Below, piece after piece: positions 48,006 to 57,700 of a stretch of 64,000 nucleotides of DNA; the stretch's first letter is position 1, and every line of letters begins with the position of its first letter. Position numbers and translations under genes: made by a program. This DNA is from Terriglobia bacterium (GTDB lineage Bacteria; Acidobacteriota; Terriglobia; JAJPHL01; JAPKYU01): positions 352,001-416,000 of the forward strand of contig CBDBKE010000003.1 of assembly GCA_965206645.1 (NCBI GenBank). Reading direction: 5' to 3'. The notes beneath the pieces are model-generated. The model saw nothing but the letters and a program-made list of their open reading frames with translations, had not been told where the DNA came from and searched no databases.

Positions 48006-49442
48006 TTACTTGACCCCTGAGATCTGACACTTGCTTTCCAGGCGACTGACTGTGCGGTCTCTGCCCAGCAGGGCCATCACTTCGAAGATGCCGGGAGCCA
48101 CGGCCTGACCGGTCAGCGCCACGCGAGCGGCATTGATCAGCAGCCCGGCCTTTACTCCGCGCTGCTCAGCAAAGCCGCGCAGCGCCGCTTCGGTCCGGGG
48201 AGGGTCGAAGGGCTCCACCTGCTCAAGAACGGCGGCCAGCGCCGGCAGCAACTCAGCCAATGCCGGGTCTTTCCAGAATTTCTTGGCTGCCTGCGGGTCC
48301 ACCGGATAGTCGTCGGTGAAGAAGGCTCGGGCGCTGCCCGTGAAATCCTTTAAGGTGCGCATGCGCGCCTTCAGCAGGCCGATGGCGTCTAGCAACCAGG
48401 CACGATCCGCACGGCCGAGTTCATCACGCCAGAGTTCGGCCCGCTCCAGTTGTTCCCGGACAAACGGGAGCAGCTGCTCGGCGCTGGACTGCTGGATGTA
48501 TTGTTGGTTGAACCACTCCAGTTTTTCCGGGTTGAATACCGCGTTGCCCTTGCCGATGCCTTCCAGGGAAAAAGCAGCAACCAACTCCGATGTAGAAAAC
48601 AGCTCGCGATCGTCACCGGGTGACCAGCCGAGCAAGGCCAGGAAATTTCGCATGGCTGCCGGAAGCACGCCCTGGTCCTGGTAGGCGACCACCGAGGTGG
48701 CGCCGTGACGCTTGCTGAGCCGTGTGCGATCGGGACCCAGGATCAGCGGGACATGGGCAAACAGCGGAGGGGGAACCTCAAGTGCCTGATAGAGAAGCAC
48801 CTGTTTGGGCGTGTTCGACAGGTGGTCGGCACCGCGCAGCACGTGGGTGACGCGCATGTCCAGATCATCGGCCACCACGCTCAGGTGGTAGGTGGGCAGG
48901 CCGTCGGAACGCAGCAGCACGAAATCTTCCAGCTCGGCGTTGGGAAACTCGACGAACCCAAAGACCGCATCTTCGAACGCGGTCGCCCCTTCATCGGGAG
49001 TTAGAAAGCGAATGGCAAACGCGCGGCCGGCCGGGTCCTGCTCGAGGCGAGTGCGGCAAGGATCACGCAGCGCTCGAGGTCGGCGTTCGCTGCCTTTGTC
49101 CACGACGGGTGGAACGGTGGGCGCGCAATAGCAGCGGAATGCACGGCCCTTGGCCAGGACCCGTTCCGCCACGGAGCGGTAGAGTTCCCGGCGCTGGGAC
49201 TGAAAAAATGGCCCCTCGTCCCAGTCCAGCCCCAGCCAGCGCATCGCTTCCAGGATGCCCTCGCTCATCTCCGGGCTGGAGCGCTCTACGTCGGTGTCTT
49301 CAATGCGGAGGATGAACTTGCCTCGAGGGCCGTGGCGGCGGGCAAACAGCCAGTTGAACAAGGCCGTCCGCGCCCCGCCGACATGCAGGTAGCCGGTCGG
49401 CGACGGCGCAAATCGGACGCGGATCTCCTCTGGTTGGCTCAT
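48006..49442 (-). CDS. gltX: Glutamate--tRNA ligase
   Basis: RVRFAPSPTGYLHVGG, LRIEDTD, PTYH, RGADH, LSKRHG, anticodon-binding C-terminus; start ATG 49442. Confidence 0.97.
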   Translation of the reverse strand: MSQPEEIRVRFAPSPTGYLHVGGARTALFNWLFARRHGPRGKFILRIEDTDVERSSPEMSEGILEAMRWLGLDWDEGPFFQSQRRELYRSVAERVLAKGRAFRCYCAPTVPPVVDKGSERRPRALRDPCRTRLEQDPAGRAFAIRFLTPDEGATAFEDAVFGFVEFPNAELEDFVLLRSDGLPTYHLSVVADDLDMRVTHVLRGADHLSNTPKQVLLYQALEVPPPLFAHVPLILGPDRTRLSKRHGATSVVAYQDQGVLPAAMRNFLALLGWSPGDDRELFSTSELVAAFSLEGIGKGNAVFNPEKLEWFNQQYIQQSSAEQLLPFVREQLERAELWRDELGRADRAWLLDAIGLLKARMRTLKDFTGSARAFFTDDYPVDPQAAKKFWKDPALAELLPALAAVLEQVEPFDPPRTEAALRGFAEQRGVKAGLLINAARVALTGQAVAPGIFEVMALLGRDRTVSRLESKCQISGVK

Positions 49443-49533
49443 TGACAATTGGCCGATTGAGAATTGTTGATTGGGCCGGTTCAATCGTCAATGACCCAAT
49501 CGGCAATGGCCCAATCCTTAATGGTTCGATCGG

Positions 49534-49734
49534 TTAACAGCCGCGGGAGAAAAGGAAAGCCAGCAACAAGGCTGCCGCCATGAACGCCACCATGATCCCC
49601 ACTGCCCGCAGGGAAGGAAGCCCGCTGGCCCGAGGCGGTTCCATTCCCTCCAGGGGACCCATCAAGCCCAGCGGCGTGGGACGTCGCGGCCGGCGCTCCG
49701 GCTCCGGGCGCTCTTCCGGCGGCTTCTCAGCCAT
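49534..49734 (-). CDS. Small single-TM hypothetical protein
   Basis: GGGAGG RBS; 66 aa with a C-terminal hydrophobic helix. Confidence 0.6.
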   Translation of the reverse strand: MAEKPPEERPEPERRPRRPTPLGLMGPLEGMEPPRASGLPSLRAVGIMVAFMAAALLLAFLFSRGC

Positions 49735-49821
49735 CTGCTCGGTACCTCCCCTATCTCCTCCCCTGTCCCCTATGATACGCGTCGGCGGCCGCCCAAAGCT
49801 CCCGGGGCGTGACTCGGCTTC

Positions 49822-50562
49822 TCATCCAAAGGATCCAGGTTCGCCGGTACGGATTTCCGAAAGCTGCTTCAACCAGAGAAAGCCGAGAAAAAAAGCCAGC
49901 CCGGGAAACAGCCACACCGCAATTTCCGTAACCAGCGTAAGTTGTGGAAAGGGACGCTCCACCACTCGGGTTGAATAATGAAAGAACATCAGCAGGGGAA
50001 AATAGCAAGCATGCACAGCGGCAGCCAAAGCAAAGGCGGCGGCCACACGCTCGACTTCCTCCCACAAGGCCCAGGCAAGGAAAGCGAAGCCGACTCCGGC
50101 AAAGAACACATAGAGCCAGCTGAACAGGTGCTGGAACAGCAAGTTGTGGTGCATGAACACCAGCATCGCCTGCCGGGAAGCCTCGTCAGGGGAGGCGACG
50201 AACTGGATTCCCGCTGAGGGTTCCACGGCTGCCATCCAGATGCCGCGGACGGCCTGCACCAGGAACCCCAAAGCCGCGAAGCCGCCTCCAAACAAGGCTC
50301 TCGTCGGATGCAGGGAGCGCGCCGCCAGGGCCACGACCGCCACCACCCCGGCCACCCCCTGCCCGAATTTCATCACCCCCAGGATCACGCCTAGCGCGAA
50401 CAAGCTCACAACCTCCTCCAACTGGCGCGCCGGCTCGACCAGCGTGAAGGGCGCTGCCCGCTGCTGGGCTACGGGTGTGGCCGCCGCAGCAGCCAGATAG
50501 GCGATCGCTACCAGCAACGCAGCCAGAGAGGCCCAGTGCAGTGCGCGCGCCGTGGTGAACAC
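49822..50562 (-). CDS. Hypothetical multi-pass membrane protein
   Basis: About 6-7 hydrophobic helices; TACAAT 6 nt upstream of GTG. Confidence 0.75.
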   Translation of the reverse strand: MFTTARALHWASLAALLVAIAYLAAAAATPVAQQRAAPFTLVEPARQLEEVVSLFALGVILGVMKFGQGVAGVVAVVALAARSLHPTRALFGGGFAALGFLVQAVRGIWMAAVEPSAGIQFVASPDEASRQAMLVFMHHNLLFQHLFSWLYVFFAGVGFAFLAWALWEEVERVAAAFALAAAVHACYFPLLMFFHYSTRVVERPFPQLTLVTEIAVWLFPGLAFFLGFLWLKQLSEIRTGEPGSFG

Positions 50563-50635
50563 GGGCGCATTGTAGCGCGATTCCTGCCCTGCCGGGCAGG
50601 CTAGTCGGCCTCGCGCGAACGGCTTCGCGGTTGCA

Positions 50636-50665
50636 TTGACGGTGTTTCTTTACTCTGTGTATAGT
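50636..50665 (+). promoter_or_regulatory. Sigma70-type promoter of the GAF-GGDEF-HD-GYP gene
   Basis: TTGACG, 18 nt, TATAGT with a preceding TG. Confidence 0.65.
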
Positions 50666-50685
50666 CGAGGGAAGGGGCGCGCTCG

Positions 50686-53600
50686 ATGAACCAGGCTCAC
50701 CACGGCATTCTGGCGCTTGCGCTGTCGCTGGTGGCCTGTGGGGTGCTTTACTCGCTACGTCGTCGCAGCGGTCAGGGTTTCTTGCTGGCCTGGGCCGCTA
50801 CTTGGGCGCTGCTGGCCGGCTACTACAGCTTGTCACTGCTGCCTCTACATTCGGGCCAACGTCTGGCCCAAGCCGCACAGGAGACCCTGATGGTGCTGGC
50901 TGCGCTGTCGCTACTGGCGATGGCAGTGGGAACGCCAGTGCGGCCTCGATTCGGGGAGTGGTACGCGTTGGGGGCGGGCCTCGGCCTCATCTGGAGCGCA
51001 ACCTATGCGTACGGGTGGCTCCAGCCTCTGGCCGCACTTTCGCCGGCTGCCGGCAGCTCGCTCCTGCTGCTGTACGCTGCCGCTCGCTTCTGGCACCAGA
51101 GTCGGGCCGGCAAGGCGCTGGGGCTGCGCCTTCTGAGTCTGGCGTCCTTGCTGTTGGGTTGCACGCTAGCTGCCGAGGGCGCGGGCACGTTGCTTGGCGC
51201 CGGTCTGGGGGTCGCCAATTCTGGTGCTGCGACCTACGGTCTGCTGGTGCTGGCGGTAGCCATGGCTGTGGTGCTCCATGACGAACAGCAGCACAAAGTA
51301 GAAGATCACCTGCTTGGCCTCTCAGACCTCAATCTGCACACCAGCGGCTATCAGACTGCCAGGAATCTCCAGCAGACCCTGGGGCAGGTGCTGGAGCGCA
51401 TTCTCAATCTGTACGGACTTTCCCAAGGGATGATCACCCTGCAAGGGTCGGAGCGCTACCCGGGGACGCACCTGTTCCGCGGGTTCAGCACCGAGGCGGT
51501 TGCCGAATGGGAGCGCCGCGACCTGGACGCCGCCGCGATAGCTCTGGTGGACCGCATGGGCAGCCCGGTGCTACTGAACGACCTGCAAGATCGCCCGGCG
51601 GCCGGCGGCCCGGAATCCGATACAGCGCTCCGGGAATTCCGCCAGGTGTTGCGGGAGGCGGGAATTCAGGCCTTGGTCGCCATCGGGCTCAAGACTAACG
51701 CAGCACGATACGGGGCGCTCGTGCTGGCCTATCCGGCACAACGGGTCTGGATCCCGGCGGAATTGCGCCTGCTGGCCACGGTCGCCGAGCAGATTGCGAT
51801 GGCAGTGGAGAATTTCCTGCTGTCCCGGGATTCCCACCGTCGCGCTGAGGAACTGCGCCTGTTGAACCACACCGGCCACGCCTTCAGCTCTACGCTCAAT
51901 CGGGATGAACTGCTGCGCCGCATTCACCGGGAAATCGAGAAGCTGATGGACGCCAGGAATTTCTACATTGCCTTGTGGGACGAACCCGACCGGCAAATTC
52001 ACTTTGAGCTGGAGGCGGAAAACAGCGTTTATCTGCCGAAGCGCCGGCGCAAAATGCGAAACTCCATCACCGAGTATGTTCTGTGCACCCGGGAACCGCT
52101 CTTACTCAGGGAGCGCCCTGATGAATTCCGTGCCACCCATGGCATCGAACCGAGCAGCCGTCCGGCGCGCTGCTGGCTGGGCGTGCCCCTGCTACTGCAC
52201 GAGCGCGCGACCGGCGTGATGGCCGTGCAGAATCTTGAACGCGAAAACGCCTACGACGGGGGGCACCTGGAAATCATAAAGACCTTGGCTGGCCAGGCGG
52301 CCATCGCACTGGAGAACGCGCGGCTGTTCAGCGAAGAACAGCGGCGTTTGCGCCAGTTGAGTTTTCTGAACAACATCACCCTGATTGCCGTCTCCACCCT
52401 AAACGCCGACGAGATGCTGGCCGAAATCGCCCGCGAGATCCAGCGCAACTTCGCCTACGACCACATCGGCATCGGCCTGCTCGATTATCAGACCAAGGAG
52501 ATCGAAATCAAGGCTGAAGCCGGGCTTCGGGCCCAGGCACTGGGCCGCCGCATTCCGCTGGACGTGGGAGTAATCGGGGGCGTGGCCCGCACTGGCGAAA
52601 TGGTGCTGATGAACGACCTGCTCGCGGAAAAGCGCGCCCAGGGCATCCTGACCAACGCCCGCTCCGAACTGTGCCTGCCCATCCTCTACGCCGACCAGAT
52701 GCTGGGCGTGCTGAACGTGGAGAGCGTCCAGGAGGGTGCCTTCCAGCAAGAAGACGTGATGATCCTGCGCACTCTGGCCGACCATCTCTCCGCCGCCCTG
52801 CACAACGCCTTCATCTTCCAGCGTACCCGACAGTAGGCTATTACCGACGGCCTGACCGGGGTCAAGACCCATTACTTCTTCATGGAATCCCTGCAAGCCG
52901 AGTGGAAAAGTGCCACGCGCGCCGGGCGTGTCTTTTCGCTCGTGCTGCTTGACCTGGACAGTTTCAAGCAGGTGAATGACACTCTGGGCCACCTGGAAGG
53001 GGATCTGGTGCTGGCCCGGCTGGGAAAGATCTTGGATCAGAGAAGCCGCCAGTCCAATGTGGTGGCCCGCTACGGTGGCGAAGAATTCATAATCTTGATG
53101 CCGGAAGCCGGCGCCGAACAGGCCCAGATTCTGGCCGAGCGCCTGCGCTTGTGGATCGCCTCCGATTCAGTCTTCTCTACCCGGAAGCTGACCGCCAGCT
53201 TCGGCCTGGCCACCTTCCCCAGCCACGGCGATTCGCCCGAGGAGTTAATCCGCGCCGCCGACGCCGGCCTTTACCTGGCCAAACACCGGGGAGGAAACAT
53301 GGTGGAGGTGGCGGAACAGTTCCGGCGCCAGGAGGAGAGGCTGTGGCGTGGGCACGTGCTTTCCACCTACCTGGAGAACCTGAGCCGGCGGCTGGAGAGC
53401 ACGGGGCCAGAGACCTTCCATTACCTGCTGCAACGACTGGAAGAAGCCTGGCCTGCCTTCCCCGGCGACCCGCTGGAGTTGGAGCGCGCGGTGCTGGAAG
53501 GCATGGCGGCCCTGGCGGAAGCCGTCGATCGGCGCGCCTACCTTGGGGGCAGCCACCTGCAGGCGATGACTCGCTACGCCATGTTGCTGGCCGCCGCCAT

Positions 53601-54075
53601 GCGCCTGCCGGAACGAGAGCAAGACGACCTCCGGGCCGCGGCCCGTGTGCACGACATTGGTTACCTGGCTGTGCCCGCTGGCATTTTGGAGAAAACCGGA
53701 AAACTCACTCCCGCCGATTTTGCCGCCTTGCAGACGCACGCCAGCGCCGGAGCGCGCCTGCTCGAAACCGTTCATGTGAACGCCTCCATCGTGGCCTCAG
53801 TTCGCTATCACCACGAGTTCTACAGCGGCAACGGCTATCCGGAAGGGCTGACGGGCGAAGACATTCCCCTTGGAGCGCGCATCTTGGCGGTGGCCGACGC
53901 CTTCGATGCCCTCACCTCGGAGCGCCCGTATCGCCGCCCTCGCAGTCTCAACGAAGCGCTTGAGGAGCTGGAGCGCTTCTCCGGCGTCCAGTTTGACCCT
54001 GTGGTCGTGCAAAGTCTCGTGCGTCTGATCCGGGTGGAAGCTACCGAAGCGGCCGAGGAAATCCCCACCGGCTAA
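50686..54075 (+). pseudogene. Membrane sensor-GAF-GAF-GAF-GGDEF-HD-GYP protein interrupted by one in-frame TAG (52834-52836)
   Basis: ORFs 50686-52836 and 52882-54075 share a frame; read-through gives FQRTRQ*AITDGLTGVKTHYFFMESL, placing the DxLTG GGDEF entry motif just after the stop; GGEEF, VHDIG and HHE..G.GYP intact. Confidence 0.85.
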
Positions 54076-54200
54076 CACAATCGAAAAGGCCTGGCGGTTG
54101 CGGAAGGAGTCGGGCCGTTCCTACTCACTGACAGTTGTCGTAGCCGGCTTTGTTGCGGTTGCCGCAGCCGCGCGCGATCGGGGTCCCTCTCGGCAAACCG

Positions 54201-54653
54201 CTAGGCTGTGCGCTCCCGGCTGACCCCCAGGGCGCGTTCGTACCCCACCGCTGTGTAGTAGATGGCGTCGTTGAAGAACTGGTCCACCTTGTTGACCAGC
54301 TCCTGCTCGCCGTAAATTTCCAATGCTGTTCCGCCTAGGCCGTGAGTGTTCACGTAGATCAGCAGGTTCTTCTTGGTCAGGATCAGCGCGTAGATTACTT
54401 CGTGCAAGGGGATGCCCTCTCCGAAGCGGCGGCGGCCGAGGTCTTCGTAGTTCAGCCTGATCTCGTCGCGGGATTTTCCCACCATCCAGGCGCCGAGGTT
54501 CTTGTAGACGCTATAGGTGCGGTTGTGAATCTCCGTATCGGGGAAGCAACGATAGCCCGGGGTATGGGGATGCGACTTCAACTGCTGGACAAGGCCCTGG
54601 GTGAGCTGCTCGGCGTTGGCTTCAATCATTTGGATGAGCCGGGTGGAAAGCAT
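54201..54653 (-). CDS. Hypothetical helical protein (RsbRD N-terminal-like)
   Basis: AGGAGG RBS, ATG 54653; Y.DLG.RRF.EGIPL.EV..AL and FFN.AIYY.A.GY. Confidence 0.75.
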   Translation of the reverse strand: MLSTRLIQMIEANAEQLTQGLVQQLKSHPHTPGYRCFPDTEIHNRTYSVYKNLGAWMVGKSRDEIRLNYEDLGRRRFGEGIPLHEVIYALILTKKNLLIYVNTHGLGGTALEIYGEQELVNKVDQFFNDAIYYTAVGYERALGVSRERTA

Positions 54654-54721
54654 CGGGCCACCTCCTGCTACTGGGGCTCCCATTGTACACTGTCCGGTTT
54701 GATTGGGAAGCGCCGAGCGCG

Positions 54722-56668
54722 CTACTTGACCGTCAGCCGCCAGAGTTCCTTCTCGCGGAAGATGCGGAACAGCTCCTCGTCCAACATCTTGTCTTTGACC
54801 TCGAATCCGATGATGTTGAGAGCCTTCTCGACCGGCACCGCCTTCTTATAGGGGCGGTCCGAAGCCGACAGCGCGTCGTAGATGTCCGAGATGGTCATCA
54901 TTTTCGACTGGATGGGGATGTCCGGAGCGAAAATCTTGCGCGGATACCCGCTGCCGTTCAGCTTCTCATGGTGGGCGCGCGCGATCAACGGGATGTTGCG
55001 AATCTCTTTGGTCCACGGGATCTTGCTGAGGAAATTGAAGGTGTGCTCAACGTGGGATTGGATATCCTCGCGCTCGGCCTCGTCCAGACTGCCCTTGGGG
55101 ATGGAGAGCAGCCGCATCTCGCCAGGTTGAAGCAGCGCACGCTCCTCGCCGGCCCAATCGTCCAGGAAGCGGCGTGCGGCCAGGTCGGCCAGCCGTTCGA
55201 AGTTGCCTTCGGGAAGCACGGTTGGTTCGTTGCACTGCAACAGAAACTCGAAAAACCCGTCCATCTCCTTCAGGCGTTCGGCCAGCTCGGCATCGAATTC
55301 GGGCAGCCGCCTGAGGTATTCCTCGCGGCCCTTTTCTAACAGGTACTGGAGCCGGTGGCCGGCGTGCTCTTCTCGGATGGACTTGCGAACAAAGTTGAAC
55401 CGTTCCCGCACGATTTCTAGCTGAGCCGGATACAGCTTCTTGGCTTTGATCAGCACCTCCTCGCGGACCCCAACCTTGCCGAAGTCGTGCAGCACCGCGG
55501 CGTAGCGGAGCTCGCGCATCTGGTCGGGAGTGAACCTGACGTCGCGATAGGGACCGTCGTCCACGCCGTCCACCGCCTCGGCCAGTGCGCTGGTGACCTT
55601 CTCCACGCGGAACGAGTGGCCAAAGGTGGTGGGGTCGCGTGCCTCGATCGCTACCACCGAAGCCTTCACTAGGCCTTCGAACAAATTCTGAATGCTCTCA
55701 TAGAGCCGGGCCTTTTCCAGGGCCACCGCTGCCTGGCTGGCCAGCGATTCCACCAACTGCTGCACTCGCCCCGGGTAGGGAATCACTAGCAGGTCGGCGT
55801 TCTCCGGGGTGACCTTGGCCTGGGGGTCCCTCTTGCAATTGATCAGTTGCAGGACTCCTACCACTTCGCCCCTGGGGTTTTTCATCGGCACCGCCAGCAT
55901 GGACTTCGTGCGGTATCCGATCTGGGTGTCAAAGTCGCGGCTAAAGCCGAACGGCATGCCCGGCGGCAGATAGTAAACGTCAATAAGCGCCAGGGTCTCC
56001 CCTTTGAGCGCCACGTAGGGGGCGATCCGGCTGGTATCAATGGGGATGGTGAACTGATTGAAGGCGACCTGCACGCTGTCATTCTGGGTCAGCGTGAAAC
56101 GCAGCACCTTCTCTTCCGTCGCCTCATTCTCTTCCACCAGGTAGAGGGAACCGGCGTCGCTGCCAGTGATTTCGCGGCTCTTGCCCAGGATCAGCTCCAG
56201 CAGGGGCTGCACATCCCGCTCGGCCGAAAGGGCGATGCCGATGCTGTTGAGGTCGTCGATTTCGTCGTGGGCCCGCTTGAGCGACTCCGTTAACTCTCGA
56301 TTCTTCGACGCCAGGCGCAGATTCTCCAACGCGCCGCGCACCGTGCTTTCCAGCACGCCCTGGTGAAACGGCCGGGGCAGGAAGAAATAGATCGGGAAGC
56401 CCGTAGATTCGGCGGGCAGGGTGCCGTCTCCTTCCAGCACGTAAACCAGCCGCGCCTGCTCCTCCAGCACCGCCTCGCGCAGTTCGGTCGAAAACACTGC
56501 CGGCGTGCCGGAGATAATGACGGTCGGCGGCTTCAGGTTAAGGATCGAGACCTCTTTCACCGCGCGCGCGCCGGGCAGCCACTGACGCAATTGCTCCAGC
56601 CCCTCGTCCTGGGTCACCAGAAGTACTTTTTCTCCCAATTCGGGCTGTGGAGCAGCTTGGGTGGACAT
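54722..56668 (-). CDS. GAF + HD-GYP cyclic di-nucleotide phosphodiesterase
   Basis: GAF (SLYLV, SMLAVPM, GVLQLIN); EARDPTT.GHS.RV, LHDFGK, HHEKLNGSGYP, DIYDALSA.DRPYKKA. Confidence 0.93.
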   Translation of the reverse strand: MSTQAAPQPELGEKVLLVTQDEGLEQLRQWLPGARAVKEVSILNLKPPTVIISGTPAVFSTELREAVLEEQARLVYVLEGDGTLPAESTGFPIYFFLPRPFHQGVLESTVRGALENLRLASKNRELTESLKRAHDEIDDLNSIGIALSAERDVQPLLELILGKSREITGSDAGSLYLVEENEATEEKVLRFTLTQNDSVQVAFNQFTIPIDTSRIAPYVALKGETLALIDVYYLPPGMPFGFSRDFDTQIGYRTKSMLAVPMKNPRGEVVGVLQLINCKRDPQAKVTPENADLLVIPYPGRVQQLVESLASQAAVALEKARLYESIQNLFEGLVKASVVAIEARDPTTFGHSFRVEKVTSALAEAVDGVDDGPYRDVRFTPDQMRELRYAAVLHDFGKVGVREEVLIKAKKLYPAQLEIVRERFNFVRKSIREEHAGHRLQYLLEKGREEYLRRLPEFDAELAERLKEMDGFFEFLLQCNEPTVLPEGNFERLADLAARRFLDDWAGEERALLQPGEMRLLSIPKGSLDEAEREDIQSHVEHTFNFLSKIPWTKEIRNIPLIARAHHEKLNGSGYPRKIFAPDIPIQSKMMTISDIYDALSASDRPYKKAVPVEKALNIIGFEVKDKMLDEELFRIFREKELWRLTVK

Positions 56669-56819
56669 GACTTCGAACCCCGCGGAATGCAAAGAGTTGC
56701 GAGCCGATGTTACCTGATTGCCTACTGGGTTTGCAACTGCCAGCCCCCGGCCCATTCTGGCACTTGCGGCGGAAAGCATCTGCCGCGAGGCGTCTCGGAC
56801 CCACGGCCCTCCAGTCTCC

Positions 56820-57563
56820 CTAAGTCTTCAGCACAAAGTAGACTTCTTCCTTGACGGACTCCTTGGGAAACCCGGCACGGCGGAGCATGCCGTGGGCGTT
56901 CGCGATCATCGTCGGGTGCCCGCACAGGTAGGCGGTAGTGGTTTCAGGGGTGAGACCCAGCTGGTCGGTATACTTGCGCAGCACGTCGTCTACGCGCCCG
57001 CGCTCACCCCGCCACTCGGGATCTTCCCAGCTACGGCTGACGGTGGGAACAAATTTCAGCCACGGGTGGTTACGGGCGGTCTCCTCCAGTTCGTGGGCGT
57101 AAGCGAATTCCCAAGAGCGGCTGGCACCCTCCATGACGAACAGTTGGTGGCCCTCTTCCGGCTGGCGGACCATGGTGCGGACCATGCTGACGAAAGGGGC
57201 CACGCCGGTCACAGTGGCCACCATCAGGTGCCGGGTGCGGCCGCTTTTGCGGTCCAGCGTGAACAGGCCCTTGCAGGCCGGGCGCACCAGCAGCTCGGCG
57301 CCGGTTCCGAGCGGGTACAGGAGCGGGGTCAGCGCTCCCTCCGGTACCAGCTCGAAAAAGAACTCCACTTCCGGTTCGGCGGGGCTGGAGACGATCGAAT
57401 AGGGCCGCTCAATGACCTTGCCGTCCTTCGGCACGCCCAGAGTGGCATACTGGCCGGGCTTGAACGAAAGTGGCTGTTCCGGCGCGATGCGGATGCTCCA
57501 CAAATCGGGAGCGTAGTCCTGGCGGGAAACGATCTGGGCACGCAAGTGTTTCGCGGCAGCCAT
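56820..57563 (-). CDS. fpr: Ferredoxin/flavodoxin--NADP+ reductase
   Basis: FKPGQYATLG, RPYSIVSSP, GALTP.L, TVTGVAPF.S, YLCGHP.MI, EVYF. Confidence 0.9.
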   Translation of the reverse strand: MAAAKHLRAQIVSRQDYAPDLWSIRIAPEQPLSFKPGQYATLGVPKDGKVIERPYSIVSSPAEPEVEFFFELVPEGALTPLLYPLGTGAELLVRPACKGLFTLDRKSGRTRHLMVATVTGVAPFVSMVRTMVRQPEEGHQLFVMEGASRSWEFAYAHELEETARNHPWLKFVPTVSRSWEDPEWRGERGRVDDVLRKYTDQLGLTPETTTAYLCGHPTMIANAHGMLRRAGFPKESVKEEVYFVLKT

Positions 57564-57700
57564 GGCACCATTCTACTTCACCATCCTTGGCTTGGCCTAG
57601 AGCCGTACTCGCTGGCACCTGCCGACGATCCGGTGGAAAAATTCGTCGAGGGAACGACGGGCAGCAGCGGCCCAGCCGGTCCTCATACAAAAATGAAGGA

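Noticed and set aside
52834-52836. Pyrrolysine or genome-wide TAG recoding
   Set aside because: Many genes here end at TAG at their expected C-termini, the methyltransferases have no in-frame TAG, and no pyl genes are in the window.
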